From NCBI GenBank assembly GCA_963744115.1, contig CAVUSI010000002.1, forward strand, positions 389,380-453,379: a DNA stretch of 64,000 nucleotides. Reading direction: 5' to 3'. Under the pieces are notes generated by a model that was not told the DNA's origin, searched no databases, and was given only the letters and a program-made list of their open reading frames with translations. Position numbers and translations under genes: made by a program. This DNA is from an uncultured Chloroflexia bacterium (GTDB lineage Bacteria; Chloroflexota; Limnocylindria; Limnocylindrales; CSP1-4). Shown piece by piece: positions 26,106 to 35,077 of the stretch (position 1 is its first letter; the number at the start of each line of letters is the position of its first letter).

Positions 26106-29100
26106 TCAGCCGGACGGCTCCGAGCCGCTCGAGCGTCCGGCGAGACTCCTCGACGAGCTCGGCGATGCCGGGCTCGTCCGGCCCGAGCACGATCGCGGCG
26201 CGAGGCCGGCCCGGGCGAGGTCGAACGGGGTCTCCAGGGACCGCAGCGCCGTCGCCGCGGCCCGATACCCGGCGACGGCGTCGGCCCGACGTCCCTCGAG
26301 GGCCGCGACCCCGGCGCTTGAGCGACGTCCGGACCGCGTCGATGAACCGCCCGTGGGTACCCGTCGCGTCGAGCGCCGCGACGACCTCCGCGGCGCGGGC
26401 GCGTCCCGGAGCCATAGTGCGGCCTCCGCGGCATCGACGAGGTTGCCCGCGGCCGAGAACGGGTCCAGGCGCGCCTGCTCGCGCCAGATGTCGGCCGCCT
26501 TCGCCACCCGGCCCTCGACGAAGTCGAAGAACGCCTGGACATCCGCGGCGTTCGACTGCGCGTTCGGATCGGTCTCGTTCGCCATCGCGTCCTCGTACGC
26601 GGCCACCTCGGCCTCGCCCGCGGTCCCGCGCATGAGCCGCATCCGGTCCGTCGTGCTGAACAGCACGGCCCGCAATCGGTCGTCCGTCGCGTCGGCGGCG
26701 GCACGGTCCGCGGCCCGCAGCGCCCAGTCCCAATCACCGGTCGACATGGCCAGGCCCGACGCGTTGACCAGCAGGTTGAGCGCCCGACCGCGCAGCCCGA
26801 GTCGATCCGCGAGCTCCATCCCGTCCCGGGCGATCTCGAGTCCCTGGCGCGGATCCTCGTACGTCGTGGTCGCCGACAGGTTGATCCGGGCGCGCAGCTC
26901 GGACGCGGCCAGGCCATACGAGCGGGCGATCTCGAGCCCGCCTCGAAGGACGGCGAGACCTTCCCGGACGCGTCCGAGGGTAGCCATGGCGGAGCCCTTG
27001 GTGATCATCACCTCGGCGATCGCGGAGACCAGGTCGAGCCGCTCGAGGGTCGGCAGGACCCGCTCGGCGAGGTCGACCGACCGTCCGCCCTCGCCGTGCA
27101 TGAAGTAGGCCCTGGCCAGCTCGACGCGGAGGAGGACCAGGTCCTGACCGTCGACGAGGTCGGCGAATTCGCGGTCGGCCGCCTCGAGCGTCGCGATCGC
27201 CTGCTCGCTGCGCATGGCTTCGATCTGGGTCCGCCCAAGGGCGCCCAGGGCTCGAACCACGCCCGCTCGGTCGCCGCGGCTGCGCTGGAGCTCGACGGCG
27301 CGTTCGAGCAGCGCAACGGCCTCATCGCGCTGGAACGACGCGATCGCCGACCGACCGGCCCGCTCGAGCAGGTCCGCTTCCTCGGCCGGATCGGTGGTGA
27401 TGTCGATCGTCCGGCGCAGGTAGACGAGCGCCTGTTCGTGGGCGCCGAGGGCGACGGCCCGATCCGCTGCCGCCCGGAGTGCCACCCGTGCCTGTGCGGC
27501 GAGCGCGTCGGCCTCCGGCCCGGGCGGGGCGTTGTCGTACGCGGCGAGGTAGTGGGACGCCAGCGCCCCCGCCAGCTCGTCGGTGTCGAGCGACTCGAAG
27601 AAGCGTGCGGCGGCGAGGTGGCGGCTCTTGCGGTCGGCTCGAGCCAGCGTGTTGTAGGCGACCTCGCGGATCAGCGCCTGGACGAAGGCGTATTGCCCGC
27701 GCTCCGGCGACCGGGGATCCATCTGCTGGTTGAGCATCTCGCGTCGCGTCAGAGCGCGGAGCTGCGGCTCGAGCTCGGCCTCGTCGAGCCCGCTGACGGC
27801 GGCGAGCCCCGCCGGAGTGAAGCTCTGGCCGAGGACGGCCGCATCCTGGAGGAGCTCGCGGTCGAGCGGGGCCAGGGCGTCGAGCCGGGCGGCGATCAGC
27901 GCCTGGAGCGTCTCCGGGACGGCCAGCGCCGACAGATCGCCGGTCGGCCGGTAGCTTCCGTCCTCCTCGGTCAGGCGACCCTCGGCGACGAGCATCCGGA
28001 CCGTCTCGACGGCGTACAGCGGGATCCCGTCCGCCCGCGTCACGATCGCTCCACGGGCGGCTTCGGGCAAGCCGGGGACGAGGCCGTCGAGAAGCTCGCG
28101 CATCGCCTCGTCGGATAGCGGCTCGAGCGCGACCGACACGAGGCCGCGTCGCCCGGCGCCCCAGTCCGGCCGCCGTTCGAGCAGCTCCGGGCGGGCCAGC
28201 GTCGCGACGAAGATCGGGGCCTCCCGGGACCATTCGAGGAGATGGTCGATGAACGCGAGCATCCCCGGATCCGCCCAGTGGAGATCCTCGAACACGAGGA
28301 CGACCGGGCCGCCCTCGGCGATCCGTTCGAAGAACGTCCGCCAGGCCGCGAAGAGCTGCTCGGAGCCACCGGGTCGCGTCTCACCGACACCGAGCAACGT
28401 CAGCAGCGAGTCTTCGATCCATCCGCGCTCTGCTTCATCCGGGACGAACCGCAGGACGGTCTCGGCGATCCGCGCTCGCGTGACCGTCTCGTCGTCGGTC
28501 TCGACCAGGCCCGCCCGGCTCCGGACCATCTCACCGAGCGCCCAGAACGCGATCCCGTCGCCGTACGCCGGCGACCGACCGGAATGCCACCAGACCGTCT
28601 CGAGCAGGCCGTCGATGTACTTGAGGAACTCCCAGGCCAGGCGGCTCTTGCCGATCCCTCCCTGGCCGGTGATCGAGACCAGCCGAGGGCGGCGTTCGCG
28701 CGCTGCCGCATGGAACAGGTCCTTGAGCAGCCGCAGCTCGGTGTCGCGCCCGACGAACGGCGCCTCGAGTGCATCCGATCGCCCGCGACCGCCGCGCTCG
28801 GCCACGACCCGCAAGGCTCGCCAGGCGGGGACCGGGGCGGACTTGCCCTTGAGCGTCGCGTCGCCGACCGGCTCGAAGGCGATGGCCGCGGCGGACGCCC
28901 GCTGGGTCGCCTCGCCGACGAGGACGGTGCCGGGTTCGGCGATGCCCTGCAGCCGCGCCGCCGTGTTGACCAGGTCGCCGGCGACCATCCCCTGGTTCGT
29001 CGCGCCGAGCGTCACCGCGGCTTCCCCGGTCAGCACGCCGGCGCGGGCCTGGATCGTCGGGCCGAGCGCTCGGACCGCGGTCACCAGCTCGAGGCCGGCC

Positions 29101-29561
29101 CGGACGGCCCGCTCGGCGTCGTCTTCGCGGGCGATCGGGGCACCCCAGACGGCCATCACCGCGTCGCCGATGAACTTCTCGACGACGCCGGCGTGGCGTT
29201 CGATGACCTCACGGGCCACGTCGAAGTAGCGGGTCAGGAGCTCGCGCGTCTCCTCCGCGTCACGCTCCTCGGCGAACGGGGTGAACCCGACGAGGTCGGC
29301 GAACAGGACCGACACCAGGCGCCGTTCCGCGACCCGCTCGGGACCTGCCGGGCCGGATCTCGCCTCCGGGCCGGTGCCGCTGCCAGCCGACCCCGCCTCG
29401 CGCGGGAGGCCGAGCAACGGCCCGCCGCAGTCACCGCAGAACTTCGCGTCGGGCGGGTTCGTCGCCCCACAGTTCGGGCAGCCGGCCAGGAGCGGCCGAC
29501 CGCATTCCCGACAGAACTTCCGTCCAGCTTCGTTCGCCGTGCCGCAACTCGCGCAGGTCAC
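26106..29561 (-). CDS. double zinc-ribbon / class III adenylate cyclase / AAA(STAND)-ATPase / TPR multidomain protein; 3' end frame-scrambled
   Basis: ORF 26106..30017 with GGGAGG 5 nt before GTG 29561. CASCG...CRECG...CPNCG...CGDCG; cyclase motifs VLFADLVGFT, KFIGDAVMAVWG, GDLVNTAARL; Walker A ITGQGGIGKSRLA; Walker B VVLVFEDLHWAD; long TPR-like tail. The last ~100 codons alternate between two frames (see findings). Confidence 0.85.
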   Translation of the reverse strand: MTCASCGTANEAGRKFCRECGRPLLAGCPNCGATNPPDAKFCGDCGGPLLGLPREAGSAGSGTGPEARSGPAGPERVAERRLVSVLFADLVGFTPFAEERDAEETRELLTRYFDVAREVIERHAGVVEKFIGDAVMAVWGAPIAREDDAERAVRAGLELVTAVRALGPTIQARAGVLTGEAAVTLGATNQGMVAGDLVNTAARLQGIAEPGTVLVGEATQRASAAAIAFEPVGDATLKGKSAPVPAWRALRVVAERGGRGRSDALEAPFVGRDTELRLLKDLFHAAARERRPRLVSITGQGGIGKSRLAWEFLKYIDGLLETVWWHSGRSPAYGDGIAFWALGEMVRSRAGLVETDDETVTRARIAETVLRFVPDEAERGWIEDSLLTLLGVGETRPGGSEQLFAAWRTFFERIAEGGPVVLVFEDLHWADPGMLAFIDHLLEWSREAPIFVATLARPELLERRPDWGAGRRGLVSVALEPLSDEAMRELLDGLVPGLPEAARGAIVTRADGIPLYAVETVRMLVAEGRLTEEDGSYRPTGDLSALAVPETLQALIAARLDALAPLDRELLQDAAVLGQSFTPAGLAAVSGLDEAELEPQLRALTRREMLNQQMDPRSPERGQYAFVQALIREVAYNTLARADRKSRHLAAARFFESLDTDELAGALASHYLAAYDNAPPGPEADALAAQARVALRAAADRAVALGAHEQALVYLRRTIDITTDPAEEADLLERAGRSAIASFQRDEAVALLERAVELQRSRGDRAGVVRALGALGRTQIEAMRSEQAIATLEAADREFADLVDGQDLVLLRVELARAYFMHGEGGRSVDLAERVLPTLERLDLVSAIAEVMITKGSAMATLGRVREGLAVLRGGLEIARSYGLAASELRARINLSATTTYEDPRQGLEIARDGMELADRLGLRGRALNLLVNASGLAMSTGDWDWALRAADRAAADATDDRLRAVLFSTTDRMRLMRGTAGEAEVAAYEDAMANETDPNAQSNAADVQAFFDFVEGRVAKAADIWREQARLDPFSAAGNLVDAAEAALWLRDAPAPRRSSRRSTRRVPTGGSSTRSGRRSSAGVAALEGRRADAVAGYRAAATALRSLETPFDLARAGLAPRSCSGRTSPASPSSSRSLAGRSSGSEPSG

Positions 29562-29584
29562 CCGCACCTCCCGGTCCGCTGAGG

Positions 29585-30637
29585 TTAGCCCACCGCGCCG
29601 AGTTCCGGGACCCCCGACGCCCAGGCGTCGAACTCGGCGCGGATCGGCCCGAGGGTCGCCTCGTCGGCGAATGCGACGTCGAGCGCCCGTCGATCGATCG
29701 CCCAGAGCTCGGGCAGGGTCAGGCCGATGCGATCGACGGCCCGGGCGTACTCCTCCGACAGGCCGATGTCGGAGACCGTCGTGTCGTCGGTCGACAGCGT
29801 CACCGACACCCCCGCGCGATGGAGCCGGGCGAGCGGGTGCTCGGCGATGCTGGGCACGATCCCGGCCTGGACGTTGCTCGTCGGGCACAGGTCGAGGGTG
29901 ACGCCGCGGGCGATCAGCTCGGCGACGAGCGTCGGGTCCTCGATCGCCAGCGGGCCATGGGCGATCCGTTCGGGCTCGACCGCGAGCGCGCGCCGGACCT
30001 GAGCGGCGCCACCCCACTCACCGGCATGGATGGTGACCCGCAGGCCCCCGGCGCGCGCGGCGGCGAATGCCCGCTCGAAGACGAGCGGGTCCGGGAATCG
30101 CTCCTCGGGGCCGGCCAGGTCCCAGCCGGTCAGGCCGAGGTCGCGGAATCGCCCCGCCGTCTCCGCCAGCTCGACGTTGCGGCTCGGCTCGTGGGAGCGG
30201 AGGGCGGTGCAGATCAGCCGGACGGTCGTCCCGGACCGCGCCGCCGCCTGCGACGCCCCCCGGCAGACCGCAGCGATGCCGTCGGCGAGCGACAGGCCCC
30301 GCTCCGTGTGGAGCGCCGGACCCCAGCGGATCTCGACATAGCGGACCCGTTCGGCGGCCTTCGTCTCGACCAGCTCGGCCGCGACGCGTTCGAGTGCCTC
30401 AGCATCCTGGAGCAGGGTGATCGGCAGGGCGAACCGCTCGAGCAGCTCGGCCTGGGAGGCGGTCCGCTCCGGCGCGACCAGCGCCTCGAACATCGCGGTC
30501 CAGGTGGTCGGTGCCTCGAGCCGCCTGGTCCGGGCCAGGTCGAGGGCCGTGCCGACCCGGAGCGACCCGTCGAGGTGGAGGTGGAGCTCGGCCTTGGGCA
30601 TCGCCTCGACGAGGCGACGGAGCGGGGCTGTTCGCAT
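29585..30637 (-). CDS. add: adenosine deaminase
   Basis: ORF 29585..30637. ELHLHLDGS, TIHAGEW, VTLSTDD. Canonical ~350-aa enzyme, 23 nt upstream of the cyclase-ATPase gene. Confidence 0.9.
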   Translation of the reverse strand: MRTAPLRRLVEAMPKAELHLHLDGSLRVGTALDLARTRRLEAPTTWTAMFEALVAPERTASQAELLERFALPITLLQDAEALERVAAELVETKAAERVRYVEIRWGPALHTERGLSLADGIAAVCRGASQAAARSGTTVRLICTALRSHEPSRNVELAETAGRFRDLGLTGWDLAGPEERFPDPLVFERAFAAARAGGLRVTIHAGEWGGAAQVRRALAVEPERIAHGPLAIEDPTLVAELIARGVTLDLCPTSNVQAGIVPSIAEHPLARLHRAGVSVTLSTDDTTVSDIGLSEEYARAVDRIGLTLPELWAIDRRALDVAFADEATLGPIRAEFDAWASGVPELGAVG

Positions 30638-30647
30638 GAACGGATGC

Positions 30648-30653
30648 TACCGT
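30648..30653 (+). promoter_or_regulatory. -10-like TACCGT (with TGc extension) 7 nt before ATG 30661 (leaderless-type)
   Basis: tgcTACCGT-tccagtc-ATG. Confidence 0.35.
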
Positions 30654-30660
30654 TCCAGTC

Positions 30661-31608
30661 ATGTCCACCATCCTCGTCACCGGCGCCAACGGCTTCGTCG
30701 GCAGCCATCTCGTCCCGGAGCTCGCCGCTGCCGGCCACCAAGTGGTCGGGCTCGTCAGGACCACATCCGCGGGGGACCAGGTCGTGGCGCGCCTCGACCG
30801 GGGTGCCCGATCCGCGGTCGAGACGAGGATCGGCGACGTGACCGACCCGGCGACGCTCCAAGCTGCCCTCGCGGGCGTCGACGCGGTCGCCCACCTTGCG
30901 GCGATCCCGCGCGACCGCGGCGACGGCGGCGAGCTGCTCCGCGTGAACACCGATGGGACCCGCAACGTCGTCGAGGCGATGGGCGCCGCCGGTGTGCGCC
31001 GCCTGGTCCATCTCGGGGCGCTCGGCGTCGTCGACGACCCGGCCCTCCACTACGCGTCGTCCAAGGCCAGGGCCGAGGCGCTCGTGGCGCGCAGCTCGCT
31101 CGACTGGACGATCCTCAAGCCATCGCTGCTGTTCGGCGAGCGCGACGGGTTCTTCAACATCGTGGCCGATCTCGTGCGCCTGTCGCCGGGCATCGTCCCG
31201 GTCCCGGGCGACGGTCGAAGTCGGTTCCAGCCGCTGGCGGTCGACGACCTCGCCATGGCCTTCCGGCAGACCCTCGACGAACCCGGGTACTCGGGCCGGA
31301 GCATCGAGCTGGGCGGCCCGCGCTATTGGACCTATCGCGAGATCACCGCCGAGGTCTGCACGGCGATGGCCAGGCGACGGGTCATCCTGCCGATGCCGGT
31401 CCCGGTCATCCGCCTCGTCGCCGGCACGTCGGAGCGGATCCATCTGCCGTTCCCGGTCGCGACCGACCAGCTCCGGCAGCTCAAGCTGGACAACATCGGT
31501 CCGCTCGACGGGTTCGTCGCGGCCTTCGGCTTCGTCCCGCGCGACATGGCGGGCCAGCTGGGCTATCTTCGGCGGCGCAAGGTCCACCAGGAGCCCGAGC
31601 CCGCCTGA
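30661..31608 (+). CDS. NAD(P)-binding atypical SDR (NDUFA9/NmrA-like epimerase-dehydratase fold)
   Basis: ORF 30661..31608. ILVTGANGFVGSHL and YASSKARAE. Confidence 0.85.
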   Translation: MSTILVTGANGFVGSHLVPELAAAGHQVVGLVRTTSAGDQVVARLDRGARSAVETRIGDVTDPATLQAALAGVDAVAHLAAIPRDRGDGGELLRVNTDGTRNVVEAMGAAGVRRLVHLGALGVVDDPALHYASSKARAEALVARSSLDWTILKPSLLFGERDGFFNIVADLVRLSPGIVPVPGDGRSRFQPLAVDDLAMAFRQTLDEPGYSGRSIELGGPRYWTYREITAEVCTAMARRRVILPMPVPVIRLVAGTSERIHLPFPVATDQLRQLKLDNIGPLDGFVAAFGFVPRDMAGQLGYLRRRKVHQEPEPA

Positions 31609-31615
31609 GGAGCGC

Positions 31616-32560
31616 ATGCCGTCATCGCGCCGTCGTATCGCCGCCGCCGCGGGCTGGCTCGCGCTCGCGATCGTCTTCTCGTTCGGCGCCGCCGGGCTGA
31701 TCAACGCCGCGAACCCGCCGCCGGTCGCCGGGTCCCGACCCGAACTGACGATCGTCGCGGACCAGGCGCTCGAGCCCGAGCTGAAGGCGGCGGCCGGTGA
31801 CCTGTCGGCGCTGTCGGACGACGTGGACGGGCTTGGCGCCATCGGTCGCACGGCCCTGACCTCGCTGGTGGATCGCGACACCGAGCGACTGCGCCAGGCG
31901 ACCGCCGACGGGAAGACCCAGCTCGCCCTCATCGCCGAGGCGACCGACGCGCTTCGGGCGCGGCTCGCGGCGATCCCCGGGATCGGGCCGGACGACCGGA
32001 CGCGGATCGGCACGAGCCTGCGGATCCGCTACGACGACCTCGTCGGCGCACTGACCGCGACCGACGGACTGTCCGCCTCCTGGTCCTCGCTGACCCAGGG
32101 CAGCATCGCGGCGACCGAGCTCACCGACAGCCTGGCCCGGCACGACGCCGAGGCCGCCGCCGCCGGCGCCCTCGGTCGGAAGGGTCAATATCGCAAGGCC
32201 CTCGCCCGACTCGACCTGGCCGACCAGGCGCTCGACACGTCGCGTCAGCTCCGCGACAAGCTGGCGACGACCACCGACGTCTCGATCCTCAGCCGCTGGA
32301 TCGACCTCAACGCCGCGTACGACGCGGCCCTGCGCAAGACCTGGGCCCTGCTCGACAAGTCGAAGGGCCGGGTCACCAAGCCGATCGAGGCGGCCTTCGT
32401 CGAGCTGCGGGCGGCGACCGCCGCTCTCCCCGGGGACAGTCGCGCCCTGATCGTGATCATGGCCGACGTGGCGCGCGGCGGGATCAACCAGGCGGTCATC
32501 GAGATCGAGCAGGCGCGCGGGCGCCTGTCGGCCGCGGCCGCGGCCCTCGGCGGGGGGTAG
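31616..32560 (+). CDS. hypothetical membrane-anchored helical protein
   Basis: Last 314 codons of ORF 30953..32560 from ATG 31616. N-terminal TM (AAGWLALAIVFSFGAAGLI), then an Ala/Leu/Asp/Arg-rich helical region. Confidence 0.6.
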   Translation: MPSSRRRIAAAAGWLALAIVFSFGAAGLINAANPPPVAGSRPELTIVADQALEPELKAAAGDLSALSDDVDGLGAIGRTALTSLVDRDTERLRQATADGKTQLALIAEATDALRARLAAIPGIGPDDRTRIGTSLRIRYDDLVGALTATDGLSASWSSLTQGSIAATELTDSLARHDAEAAAAGALGRKGQYRKALARLDLADQALDTSRQLRDKLATTTDVSILSRWIDLNAAYDAALRKTWALLDKSKGRVTKPIEAAFVELRAATAALPGDSRALIVIMADVARGGINQAVIEIEQARGRLSAAAAALGGG

Positions 32561-32623
32561 TCCCGCTACACTGGCGCCCTTGCCGTCCGATCCTGCCTGC
32601 CCACCCTGGAGGAACCGCGCTCG

Positions 32624-34129
32624 ATGCACCTGCGTATCGCGACCGATCAGCCCTGGGATGTCGCCGCCGATGTGCTGGCGATCCCGTATGTCGGCGAACC
32701 GACCTTCGACGGGACCCTCGGCGAGCTCGACCGCCGGAGCGGCGGTGAGCTCAAGGACCTGGCGGCCTTCGGTGAGCTCGCCGGAAAGCGCTACGGGATC
32801 GCCCTGGCAGCCGCCGGCGACCTGCCCCATGGTCGTCTCGTGCTGGTCGCGGCCGGCGATCCGGAGGGCGTCGATCGCGAGGTCGTCCACCGCCTCGGCG
32901 CGACGATCGAGCGTCGTCTCGGCGGGCGCACCGTCGGTCGTCTCGCGGTCAGTATCGGCGATCTCGGCGAGCGGATCGACGGTGGTGACGCGGCCGTGGT
33001 CGAGCTCCTCGTCCGCGGCGTCGTCGAGGGCCACTACGAACCCAAGAGCATCTACCTCGACAACGTCGAGAACGCGCCGCCGATCCTCGACGAGCTGATC
33101 GTCGTCGTCCCCGGCGGCGACGCCGCGGGACTCGCTCGCGCGGCCGAGCGCGGTCGGATCATCGGCGAGGGCGCCAACACGGCACGGACCCTGGCCAATC
33201 GCGCATCGAACGACGTCAGCCCCGAGGTCCTGGCCGACGAGGCGCGGGCGATCGCCGAGCGGAACGGGCTGTGGATCGACGTCATCGAGCCCGAGCGGGC
33301 GATCGCCCTCGGGATGGGCATGTTCATCGCGGTCGGACGAGGCAGCGATAACCCACCCCGGATGATCGTGATGCGCTCCGGGAAGGAAGGTGAGAAGGAC
33401 GCCCTCGGGCGCCACCTGGCCATCGTCGGCAAGGGCGTCTGCTTCGACTCGGGGGGCATCTCGATCAAGCCATCCGACCGGATGGAAGAGATGAAGATGG
33501 ACAAGACGGGCGCGGCGACCGTGATCGCCGCGATCGAGACCGTCGCTCGCCTGGCTCCGGGGACGCCGCTCCTGGCGGTCGCTCCCGCGGTCGAGAACAT
33601 GCCCGGGCCGCACTCGACCCGCCCGGGCGATGTGGTCCGTGCGCTCAACGGCAAGATGGTCGACATCACCAACACCGACGCCGAGGGTCGGCTCATCCTG
33701 GGCGACGCGATGACCTACGCCGAGGGGCTCGGCGCGACCCATCTGGTGGATGTCGCGACGCTCACGGGAGCGGTATCGCGGGCGCTCGGTCACCTGGTGA
33801 CCGGGGCCTTCGGGACGCCGCAATCCTGGGTGGATGATGTCCTGGCGGCGGGTGGCCGGGCCGGCGAGCGGTACTGGCAGATCCCGCTGGTCGACGATTA
33901 CGTCGTCGACATGGACAGCTGGTACGGCGACCTCCAGAACTCGGGCAGTGCCGAGGGCTCGCTGGTGAAGAGCGGCCTGTTCCTGCGCGAGTTCGTGACC
34001 CGGCCGTGGGTCCACCTCGACATCGGCGGCACCGGCTACTTCCGCAAGGCCCTGCCGTTCGCCGCCCGGGGCGCGAACGGCGTGACCCACGCCACCCTGG
34101 TCGAGCTCGCCCTCGCCGGGGCACGCTGA
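32624..34129 (+). CDS. pepA: leucyl aminopeptidase (M17)
   Basis: ORF 32624..34129. VGKGVCFDSGGISIK and NTDAEGRLILGDA. TACACT -10 and GGAGGAA SD upstream. Confidence 0.9.
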   Translation: MHLRIATDQPWDVAADVLAIPYVGEPTFDGTLGELDRRSGGELKDLAAFGELAGKRYGIALAAAGDLPHGRLVLVAAGDPEGVDREVVHRLGATIERRLGGRTVGRLAVSIGDLGERIDGGDAAVVELLVRGVVEGHYEPKSIYLDNVENAPPILDELIVVVPGGDAAGLARAAERGRIIGEGANTARTLANRASNDVSPEVLADEARAIAERNGLWIDVIEPERAIALGMGMFIAVGRGSDNPPRMIVMRSGKEGEKDALGRHLAIVGKGVCFDSGGISIKPSDRMEEMKMDKTGAATVIAAIETVARLAPGTPLLAVAPAVENMPGPHSTRPGDVVRALNGKMVDITNTDAEGRLILGDAMTYAEGLGATHLVDVATLTGAVSRALGHLVTGAFGTPQSWVDDVLAAGGRAGERYWQIPLVDDYVVDMDSWYGDLQNSGSAEGSLVKSGLFLREFVTRPWVHLDIGGTGYFRKALPFAARGANGVTHATLVELALAGAR

Positions 34130-34140
34130 CCGCGACCGTC

Positions 34141-34831
34141 GTGCCGATCGGGACGCTGTCGATCGCGCTGGCGATCGTCGGCGTCGCCTGGGGGATCGCC
34201 GCCGACCGGCTGTCGACCCGCTGGCCCGATCACGACGAGTCCGAGGGGTTCTTCCCCGGCCGGCGGCCCGGCTGGCGGACGGTGGTGGTCGCCGCATTCG
34301 GCGCGGTCGGGCTGGGCGCCCTCCCATCGCGGTTCCTCGTGGAGCCGGGGACGATCGATGTCTCAGGCGGACCGGCCGACGGCCTCGTCCTCGCCGTCTT
34401 CATCGCCTACGTGGTCGTCCTGGTGCTGCTGCTGGCGACGGACCTCGACCAGCGTCTGCTGCCCGACCTCCTCACGCTGCCGATGATCCCGCTGGCCCTG
34501 CTGTTCGCCATCAGCGGCCAGAACCCGCTCGTCGGCCAGGAATTGATCCCCGCCGATCGCCGCGGCCGTGATCATCCCGGCGCTGCTGTACCTGCCGTCG
34601 CTCCTGTTCGGCGCCGGGGCCTTCGGGCTCGGGGACGTCAAGCTGCTCGTGACAGTCGGGTTGATCTCCGGCGCCTACCACGCGGTCGCCGGGACGCTGG
34701 TCGGGGTGATCGTCGCGGGGGTGGTCATCGTGCTCCTGCTGATCACCCGGCGGGTCACCCTCAAGTCCTACATCCCGTTCGGCCCGTTCCTGATCCTCGG
34801 CGCGCTGTGGGCGATCCTGCTCCGCACGTGA
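34141..34831 (+). pseudogene. A24-family prepilin (type IV/Flp leader) peptidase, reading frame broken at ~34555
   Basis: GTG 34141 frame gives TM helices and LLLATDLDQRLLPD (first catalytic Asp region). The continuation IAAAVIIPALLYL...FGLGDVKLL (second Asp) is ORF 34568..34831 in frame +1. One extra g lies in CCCGCC-g-ATC. Confidence 0.7.
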
Positions 34832-35077
34832 CCGGCCCCGAACGGGGTCCGTGGACGACCGGGGGTATGATGCCGGCGAGCCGGAGTCGTCCTGCGGTGT
34901 GCTCCCAGGGATGGCACGTAACCGGCGGGCGTAGCCGCCAGTCGCGTCGAACCAGGCGCGCGCAACGGAGTTTGCTCGCAACGTGACGTCACCAGCGTGA
35001 TCTACCGATCCTCCCGCGCCACCCCCGATCCCGCCGCGCCCCGGACGCTCGTGCCCGGATGGCGCCGGCGCCGGTCG

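Noticed and set aside
26106-30637. Possible RADAR-like defence pair (ATPase + adenosine deaminase).
   Set aside because: The deaminase is a canonical ~350-aa housekeeping Add (HLHLDGS/HAGE/TDD motifs), not the large divergent RdrB type. The partner is a cyclase-STAND-TPR signalling protein, not an RdrA-like ATPase. The gene order and sizes do not fit.
34832-35077. c-di-AMP (ydaO-type) riboswitch in the 245-nt leader of the M23 peptidase gene.
   Set aside because: Cell-wall hydrolase genes in Actinobacteria often carry it, and the leader has several hairpins (GGACGAC...GTCGTCC; GGCGG...CCGCC). I could not recognise the conserved GGGGACCCA / GGGGUGAAUC / CCCGUCAGCUAACC cores. Only a cmscan could revive this.
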